DNA from: Podarcis melisellensis | Lineage: Eukaryota | Length of the DNA: 64,000 nt | Assembly: GCA_964234715.1 (NCBI GenBank) | Contig: OZ174284.1 | Reading direction: 5' to 3' (one strand) | In this document: positions 27,924-35,113 of the stretch, one piece after another | Numbering within the stretch: position 1 is the stretch's first letter | Layout of the letters: each line of letters starts with the position of its first letter | Notes under the pieces: model-generated | Told to the model about the DNA's origin: nothing | The model's database searches: none | What the model saw: the letters and a program-made list of their open reading frames with translations, nothing else | Translations under genes and position numbers: made by a program

Positions 27924-29272
27924 CAACACCAGCGCCGAGCGGCGATGGGATTCGGGAGGGAGCTCGCTCGCCGCCCCGCGTGTGCTCGCCGCCGCCGCCC
28001 CACCTCTCGCCGCCGGACTCGCCCGCCTCCCTCCCACGGCACACCAGGCAACGTCTCGTGGCACACTAGTGTGCCGCGGAACACCGGTTGGGAAACACTG
28101 GTCTATACAATGGTTTAAAAATAAGAAAAAGCAGGCTATTCAACAATTTGGGAAATTACAGCTGTATTATATGATTTGGCCTCATGTGAATGTTAAGCTT
28201 TATGCAGCATTTATATGTGGCTATATATTAGAGTTATCTTCTCTCCTGGTTTTATCCTACATATAGGATGCAATTATCCCCTAATGAATCCTTATCACAT
28301 ATAGCAATTCATTAGTCTTCTGTGAACTGACTATGCTCCCTCTTTCCTGTCATTTTACTCTTCACAGAAAAAATCTGTAATGAGTTGACACATGTACAGT
28401 TTGCTTTTGCTGCAGCTTTTCATTTCATGCATTAATTTACAATAACTTTTGCCATCCATATCAAGTGCATGGGCGCTTAACCATGGTGCAAGTTTCTGAA
28501 ACAGGCAAAAAATAAAATAAAATCATCTGTTCCTTTTGTCAGTGCAAGGAACCCAATTTTTCCTTGGAGCTCCAGTTCATTTAAATTTATATTGCAATGA
28601 ACAGCTGACAGCTCTTTGGAATATAACAGAGGCCTTAAAAGAACAAACCAGAGAGGGGAGGAAAAGATAGAGATGGATGGATCTATCAATTTCAGTTTCT
28701 CTCTCCCCCCACCTCCCAGTTTTAAGTTCAGTTCTCCGTTCATTTTGCATCAGTTTCCACATCAGTACAGGTGACGTACAAAGGCATGATTTCTTACAGA
28801 GAGCAGACACTGCATGACATTTCACAGACAGAATTTGCATGTGCGGGTAAGGCGACCCCTTAAGTAAACTGGTCTCAAGCCTTTAGAGATGATTTGGGCA
28901 GACACAATGATAAAATACATAATAGTGTGGTATTTACCGTACTTTTCTGTGTATAAGACTATCTTTTTTTTCTTTAAAAAATCATGCTAAAAAGTTGTTG
29001 TCGTCTTATACATGGGTAGTGCATAGTGTGGACATTTGATTGGTTGCTGCCATGGCTCTCAGCGGCTATTGTGCGTGTTATTGGTGGCTGCGTCAATGGA
29101 CGGTGTTGATTGGCTGGCACTCCGGCAGTTGGGCAGGCAATTGGCGATGGGACAGATGGGAGGCGGATTTTGTAATGTGTGTAGGTGAGAGATTTTTAGC
29201 AATCCCCCCTTTAAAAAGCTCGATACCCCTGGGTAATCTCCCCCAAAAAAGCTTGACCCCTCTGTGCCATCT

Positions 29273-29638
29273 TGTCCCATTAAACTTTAATTAGTTTAAT
29301 GTAAATGCCCAGTGCACTTCCTTCTTTAAAAGTCTCACCACGGCAGAGGATTTCGCGCAGCAGCTAAGAAGGGCAGGAGAGGCAGCATCTTCCCAAAAAG
29401 GAGTCCTGGAGCATGCGGTTTGTAAATCAAAAAATAAGGTTTATTTACAAAACACCAAAAAACAATCCTGGCGACGAACCACACATCTCAGCAAAACACA
29501 CACCCAAAAGGGAGAAGGGGAAGAACAAACAAACAGGGGGACTATTTATACAGACTCATGTTCCTGGAAGCCTAACGACCTCCAGCTGCTCAGTGATTAG
29601 AGCGTTTCTGCTACTCTTTTAACCCTTTGATAGCAACA
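29273..29638 (-). repeat. 3' LTR (366 bp)
   Basis: No difference from the 5' LTR found by eye; AATAAA on - strand at 29445-29440. Confidence 0.95.
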
Positions 29639-29647
29639 CCCCCTCTC
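29639..29647 (-). promoter_or_regulatory. Polypurine tract GAGAGGGGG
   Basis: Directly abuts the 3' LTR on the - strand. Confidence 0.9.
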
Positions 29648-29673
29648 GCTCGTAACACTGAGCTGTACCAACC

Positions 29674-32600
29674 TTAATACAAATTTAAACCTGAACAGAA
29701 ACATTTATGAGATTGCGGACTCAAAGCTTTTGTAAAACCGTCTGCGAGATTTTCTTGGCTTGGACAATACTTTAGTTCAATTAAACCTTGTTTTACACTT
29801 TGGCATACATTTTGATAACGGATATCCAAGTGTTTTGTGTGCGCCTTGAATTGACCTGATTTAGCTAGTTTAATACAAGGTTGATTGTCTTCCCACACTC
29901 TGATAGGTAGGGAACATTCTCCAAACAATTCTTGTACCAGTTGCTTATAAAATTCCAGTTCTCTACATATATCTGATAACGCATTGAACTCAGATTCAGT
30001 TGAACTTAAAGCTATAAGTGATTGTTTTCTTGATCTCCAACCAATTAGTGCATTTCCAAATTTTATCGCCATTCCTGACACTGATTTTCTATCTGGTCCA
30101 GCATCTGCCCAACTGCTGTCGGCCCAACATTCAAGTTGTGTGCTGCCCTCTGCTGATAGTTTTAAGCGAAAGCTTTTGGTAGTTTGGAGATACCTTAGAA
30201 CTCTTTTTACTCCTTGCCAAGCATGCATTGATGGTTTTTCAGCTTGTCTACACAGCATGTTGACAGCATATGTTATATCGGGCCGAGTCCACTGTGCAAT
30301 GTGGAGTAGACTGCCTATCGCTGACTGGTAAACCCCGGGATTACAGAACTCTGCCTTTTGCTCAGTTTGAGCATCCTTTGTGTAACTTAACTCCATTGGG
30401 GTTTTAACACCAGCACAGTTGTTCATTTTAAACCTTTCCAGCAACTGCTGGATTTTAGCTTCTTGGCTAAGCCAATAGTTACCATTTTCATCTTGCTGAA
30501 TTTTAACTCCTAGATAAACAGATACATTGCCTAGTGATTTTAACTGAAACCTTTCTCCAAGCTTTGTGGCAAATTGTTGTGCAAGTTTATCATCCTTTCC
30601 ACTGTATAATAAATCGTCAACAAATATTAAAACTGCTTCTTGTTCACATCCCGAGCCTTTTAGATAAAGACACGCATCTGCTGCGCTCTTTCTGAACCCC
30701 ATGCTCTCTAGAGCATCGTTTAAGCAGGAATTCCAATTACGGGCGGACTGTTTCAACCCATAAATGGATTTGTGTAGGCGCCAGACCTGGTTTGGCTTGT
30801 CTCCTTCAAAACCTGGTGGTGGTGTCATATAGACTTCCTCCTGTAAGTCTGCATTTAAATAAGCCACATTGACATCAAAATGAAACAGCTTATTTCCCTT
30901 CTTAGCTGAAGAGGCTAGAAGCATTCTTAATGACTCCGATCTTGAAGTAGGGGCATAGATTTGAGAATAGTGAACACCTTTGCGCTGCGAAAACCCTTTT
31001 GCAACTAGTCGGGCTTTATATTGCAACTCTTCAGTAGTTGTGGGCTTTAAACGATATACCCATCGACAACCTACAGCTTGTTGCCCTTTCGGAAGCTCTG
31101 TACTTGTAAACACACCGAGAGACTTCATTGAAGCCATCTCCTTTTCCATTGCTTCCTGCCACTTTACGGCTTCTGAGCTTGGAAGCTGTTGTACTTCCAT
31201 ATAGCTTTCTGGCTCACACTGTGCCATATTTACGTATACACTTGTCACCTTAAACCGCTCTGGCGGCTTGCCCTTCGTGGCGCGTTTTGACCTGCGCAAT
31301 TGCTCCTCTTGTGCCCCCTCTGACCGTTGGCTGTCAGAATCTGTCTCAGACTTTATGTCTGGACGTGCCTCTAGGGATAAAGACCTCCGTTTAGATACCT
31401 CCCTTGGGCTTGGTGTTGCAGGTGACCTGCTTTGCTTTTGCTGTCTGCTAGGCCTACTGACTGGCGAAGTTGGAGCACTCCTAGATTCTGGCTTTTCTAC
31501 CTTAGGAGAAGAACCTCGTGCCTGATCAGAATCTGCATCTGAACCGTGTGCACCATCCCCTTCTGGCTCATCACTCTCTGGACTTTCTTTCTCAGCATGA
31601 ATGCCTAAATCATCTCTCAAAATGTCAGGGTTAGCGTGTAAGTGAGTCCATCCGGACTGCTCACAAAAATCAGCGCTCCTACTGAGGACCACTCTTGTAG
31701 TATCCCCACCTGGGTCCACAAACCTCCAAGATTTGGCATGTGGTTCGTACCCGCAAAAGATGAGTTTCCTAGCCCTTGGACTTCCCTTTTTCCTTAACGC
31801 TTTTGGGATAAGTACATAGGCTTGAGATCCAAACACCCGAAAGTAATTAACTTTGGGCTTCTTCCCATATAAAGCAAAATAAGGCGTAGTATCAATTACC
31901 GAATTATATACTCGGTTCAGAATATGAGTAGCCGCCTGCCAGGCTTCCGCCCAGTAACTTTGAGGAAGTTTAGCATCAAACAACATAGAGTTTGCCAACT
32001 CTTGCAGAACCCTATTTTTACGTTCGGCCACGCCTCCTTCTTGGGGGGAATAAGGTGTAGACAGACGATGCTTAATTCCCTTTTTCTTAAAGAAATTCTG
32101 CAACACAGACCCGGTAAATTCTGACCCTCTGTCTGTCTGAAAAGCAAGTACTCTAGTACCGAATTCAAGTTCTACCGCATGAACCCAATTTTTAACTGTT
32201 TCTGCAGTATCTGCTTTTGTTTTGAGAGGAAAAAACCATGTAACCTTTGTTTTGTCATCCGAGAGACACAGTGCATACTTTGAACCTCCCATGCTAGCAA
32301 CAGGCATTGGGCCACACAGGTCCATATGCACAAGTTGGAATACTTTGTCAGATTTCCTATCTGAACTGGGATAGCTGCATCTATGAACCTTCGCACTTTT
32401 GCATGCAGTACAATCCAAATACTTAGTACATTTGTTCAATTTGCACCCTTCTGATAATTCAGGTTGCCTTTTAACATACTGAAAATTAATATGCCCTAAA
32501 CGGCGGTGCCATAAATGAACACAAGAATTATGGGTAGGCGTGTTCACACAACCAGCATGAACCTGTTCAACTTCATCTGGACTTGTCTCAAAATAATATA

Positions 32601-33159
32601 ACCCATTTCTGCATTCCACCTGCAAAAGAGATACGTTATTCTTTGAAATAGTGCAAACCCCATTTTCAAACACAGTTTTAAACCCGTTTCTATCAAGTTC
32701 TGACACAGACAAAATACACCCCTTCAGTCCCTTTAGCACGTAGGCATCAATTTCTGTTTGCAAACAATTCAAGAACACTGTGCCTACAGTCTCTAAGGAA
32801 CGTTTAGTTGAATCTGCCATTGTCACAACTTTAGGGGTTAGCAAATGTCTGCAATTCTGCAAACGGACACTAGATGGCGCCACCAGGTGGTGAGATGCAC
32901 CACTGTCGATCAACCAGCGTAGATTGCTGCCTTGGCCACGCCCTTGCATCAACGCCATTGCTGAAGCCATGTGCTGTGTGCTGTGGGAGTAGCCACGACC
33001 TCCTCCTCTTCTTCGACGTCCCCTGGAACTCCTTGTCTGGTAACTAGGGGTAACGGCCTTGTTGCTGTCTTGACCAGGTTCACGTGTGCAATTCCTGATT
33101 AGGTGGGAAGGGGAACCACAGCGAAAACAGTGTCTAGCAACTCTTTTGCTTGCAACCAA
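29674..33159 (-). CDS. Copia polyprotein frame, 1161 codons: zinc knuckle, protease, integrase, reverse transcriptase, RNase H (true start uncertain)
   Basis: CFRCGSPSHLIRNC (CCHC); WLIDSGASHH (PR); HLWHRRLGH..CTAC, VHMDLCGP, TDRGSEF, VAERKNR (IN); KARLVAKGFSQ, IYGLKQSARNW, FVDDLL (RT); ADSSWA, STESEF, EDNQ, NLADGFTKAL (RH). Confidence 0.95.
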   Translation of the reverse strand: MVASKRVARHCFRCGSPSHLIRNCTREPGQDSNKAVTPSYQTRSSRGRRRRGGGRGYSHSTQHMASAMALMQGRGQGSNLRWLIDSGASHHLVAPSSVRLQNCRHLLTPKVVTMADSTKRSLETVGTVFLNCLQTEIDAYVLKGLKGCILSVSELDRNGFKTVFENGVCTISKNNVSLLQVECRNGLYYFETSPDEVEQVHAGCVNTPTHNSCVHLWHRRLGHINFQYVKRQPELSEGCKLNKCTKYLDCTACKSAKVHRCSYPSSDRKSDKVFQLVHMDLCGPMPVASMGGSKYALCLSDDKTKVTWFFPLKTKADTAETVKNWVHAVELEFGTRVLAFQTDRGSEFTGSVLQNFFKKKGIKHRLSTPYSPQEGGVAERKNRVLQELANSMLFDAKLPQSYWAEAWQAATHILNRVYNSVIDTTPYFALYGKKPKVNYFRVFGSQAYVLIPKALRKKGSPRARKLIFCGYEPHAKSWRFVDPGGDTTRVVLSRSADFCEQSGWTHLHANPDILRDDLGIHAEKESPESDEPEGDGAHGSDADSDQARGSSPKVEKPESRSAPTSPVSRPSRQQKQSRSPATPSPREVSKRRSLSLEARPDIKSETDSDSQRSEGAQEEQLRRSKRATKGKPPERFKVTSVYVNMAQCEPESYMEVQQLPSSEAVKWQEAMEKEMASMKSLGVFTSTELPKGQQAVGCRWVYRLKPTTTEELQYKARLVAKGFSQRKGVHYSQIYAPTSRSESLRMLLASSAKKGNKLFHFDVNVAYLNADLQEEVYMTPPPGFEGDKPNQVWRLHKSIYGLKQSARNWNSCLNDALESMGFRKSAADACLYLKGSGCEQEAVLIFVDDLLYSGKDDKLAQQFATKLGERFQLKSLGNVSVYLGVKIQQDENGNYWLSQEAKIQQLLERFKMNNCAGVKTPMELSYTKDAQTEQKAEFCNPGVYQSAIGSLLHIAQWTRPDITYAVNMLCRQAEKPSMHAWQGVKRVLRYLQTTKSFRLKLSAEGSTQLECWADSSWADAGPDRKSVSGMAIKFGNALIGWRSRKQSLIALSSTESEFNALSDICRELEFYKQLVQELFGECSLPIRVWEDNQPCIKLAKSGQFKAHTKHLDIRYQNVCQSVKQGLIELKYCPSQENLADGFTKALSPQSHKCFCSGLNLY

Positions 33160-33246
33160 ACCCTTACTCTAGCCTTCCAATTTTGCCAATTTTTTCCCAT
33201 TGAGTCGCGTAAACGGGACAGTAAAACTTTCCTGGGACTCTGCCAT
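33099..33246 (-). pseudogene. Remnant gag N-terminus (MAESQESFTVPFTRLNG/KNWQNWKARVRVWLQAKELLDTV), frameshifted and truncated
   Basis: Fits the copia gag N-terminal motif L-nG-N(Y/W)-x-x-W-K...L...L-x-x-x-V (DUF4219-like) if one A is removed from an A6 run; abuts the zinc knuckle directly. Confidence 0.8.
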
Positions 33247-33501
33247 CCTCCCTGGGGCTTAGGAACGATACTCACACACCTGTAGACCGTCTCCCAGCTG
33301 CTGAGGTGGCTCCTTGAGGAATCAGACGTCTTCCAGCGAGTACAAACTGCGCAGTGCCTCTTTAAAACTTTTCTAGGCACGTTGCAGGACTCAAGCTGCT
33401 TTGGAGGCTTTCGTTGTCGGCAACCGCTTCTGTCTTCACTCCAGTCCTTGCATAAATCACTCTGAACTGCTCTCCTTATCTCCTTCTTGACGTACAAACA
33501 T

Positions 33502-33509
33502 CCATAACC
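33502..33509 (-). promoter_or_regulatory. Primer binding site GGTTATGG (copia/Hemivirus type, internal region of tRNAiMet)
   Basis: Immediately follows the 5' LTR; equals the first 8 nt of the Drosophila copia PBS GGTTATGGGCCCAG. Confidence 0.75.
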
Positions 33510-33875
33510 TGTCCCATTAAACTTTAATTAGTTTAATGTAAATGCCCAGTGCACTTCCTTCTTTAAAAGTCTCACCACGGCAGAGGATTTCGCGCAGCAG
33601 CTAAGAAGGGCAGGAGAGGCAGCATCTTCCCAAAAAGGAGTCCTGGAGCATGCGGTTTGTAAATCAAAAAATAAGGTTTATTTACAAAACACCAAAAAAC
33701 AATCCTGGCGACGAACCACACATCTCAGCAAAACACACACCCAAAAGGGAGAAGGGGAAGAACAAACAAACAGGGGGACTATTTATACAGACTCATGTTC
33801 CTGGAAGCCTAACGACCTCCAGCTGCTCAGTGATTAGAGCGTTTCTGCTACTCTTTTAACCCTTTGATAGCAACA
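33510..33875 (-). repeat. 5' LTR (366 bp)
   Basis: Starts TGTTGC, ends GGGACA on - strand; TATAAAT at 33787-33781; AATAAA at 33682-33677. Confidence 0.95.
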
Positions 33876-34227
33876 CATCTCCCCCCATTTTCTTAAATAT
33901 GACTCCCCCAAAATAGGGGGTGTCTTATAGACGGGAAAGTATGGTAGTTACCATTCAACTTAGCAGCAATGTAGAATTGCTTACTTCTGTGCCTTGTATA
34001 CATCAAAGATGAGCAAAAATTGAATACATGACAGCATGCCATTTTTTTCCAGCATCAGGATGCAGTTGTGGGAAAAATGGCACTCTCTGGTTATCACTGC
34101 CTAGTTACCAATTGTTGCTATTCTTCACTCAGCATGCTTACCTGAAAGGTGAGGCTGAAAGTGAACAACTGAAGGAAGGAGGGAGCAGAAAAACTACAAA
34201 AATAATTGTCTATTTGAACTAGGAAAA

Positions 34228-34392
34228 TGGAAAGCTGCCTTATACCAAATCAGATCCTTGGTGCTCTCAGCTCAGGGCCATCTGTACAACTGGCAGTAGC
34301 TCTCCAGGATTTCGGCAGGACTCATCTCCCTTGAGATGACCAGGGCTGAATCTAGGAGCTTTTTCATGCAAAGCAGATGCTCTACCACTGAC
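34228..34392 (-). mobile_element. tRNA-derived SINE (Squam3-like)
   Basis: Reverse-complement similarity to 48540-48715 (GCTGCCTTATAC ... CATGCAAAGCAGATGCTCTACCACTGA). Confidence 0.7.
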
Positions 34393-34978
34393 AATAATAT
34401 TCCTGCAAAAAACCCTCACTGGGCTCAACCGTGAAGAGTGCTCCACATTTAATATACCTTGCAGTGCATTTACAAGCTAGCCTATATATGTGTGTGTGTT
34501 TTAGCTGAAGGGGGGGGAGCTTCATTAAGCAGCGCCTTTTTAGTAAAAATCTTCACTTTTTCAAGTTCAATCATTTCAGGGAGATAAAACTAAAAGATGT
34601 GAAAGGATAGAGATATAGTAGTCTGGTAGCTTCCTCCTCCACAAACCCTGGTAATAAAACAAACAAACAGAAAAATCGAAATACTATCAAGGGATAATTT
34701 ATATGGGGATGCCTGAGTTGGGCAGAATCTTCAACGCTTTTCCTGTGCTCTGAGAGAACCTGTGATATGTGATGGTATTGATTTTTATAGCTCCTTCCCC
34801 AGAAAGCTGTATGGTGTTTGATGTTCCTGAAAGTTAGGTCACCTAAAAGATACTGCATGTCCATCTGGATCTCAAGTAGGAGCCCCTGAACCATGTACTG
34901 ATCATTCAAAAATGAATGTATATTTCCTATGGAAGTGAAGACAGCAAATTATGTATATAGATGGAAGGACATTTACAA

Positions 34979-35113
34979 GAGGCATAGGCGAACTCGGCCC
35001 TCCAGATGTTTTGGGACTACAACTCTCATCATCCCTAGCTAACAGGACCAGTGGTCAGGGATGATGGGAATTGTAGTCCCAAACATCTGTAGGGTTGAGT
35101 TTGCCTATGCCTG
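34979..35113. mobile_element. Short palindromic hAT MITE (135 bp)
   Basis: AGGCATAGGC / GCCTATGCCT ends, 8-bp TSD ATTTACAA, internal ACTACAACTC(T)CATCATCCCT inverted repeat. Confidence 0.85.

Larger units (their letters stand above)
26131..28100. mobile_element. Non-autonomous hAT (Charlie-like) DNA transposon, 1970 bp, carrying a tandem array
   Basis: Perfect TIR CAGTGTTTCCCAACC / GGTTGGGAAACACTG; perfect 8-bp TSD GTCTATAC (26123-26130, 28101-28108); no transposase. Confidence 0.93.
29273..33875 (-). mobile_element. Ty1/copia LTR retrotransposon, 4603 bp, recent insertion, gag internally deleted
   Basis: TG...CA LTRs at 29273-29638 and 33510-33875; TSD CATCT at 29268-29272 and 33876-33880; PBS and PPT present; PR-IN-RT-RH domain order. 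Confidence 0.97.
28937..33944. mobile_element. Tc1/mariner (Tc2-like) MITE of about 400 bp, split by the copia insertion
   Basis: TA|CCGTACTTTTCTGTGTATAAGAC at 28937 and GTCTTATAGACGGGAAAGTATGG|TA ending at 33944 (imperfect 23-bp TIR, TA TSD). Confidence 0.8.

Noticed and set aside
26201-28266. Overlapping ORFs of up to 627 aa on both strands
   Set aside because: Artefact of a GC-rich palindromic 118-bp unit with no stop codon on either strand. Because 118 is not a multiple of 3, every ORF cycles through the same three peptides. No domain or splice support.
29413-33859. Duplicated 69-aa ORF (MRFVNQKIRF...) at 29413 and 33650
   Set aside because: Simply the antisense reading of the two identical LTRs
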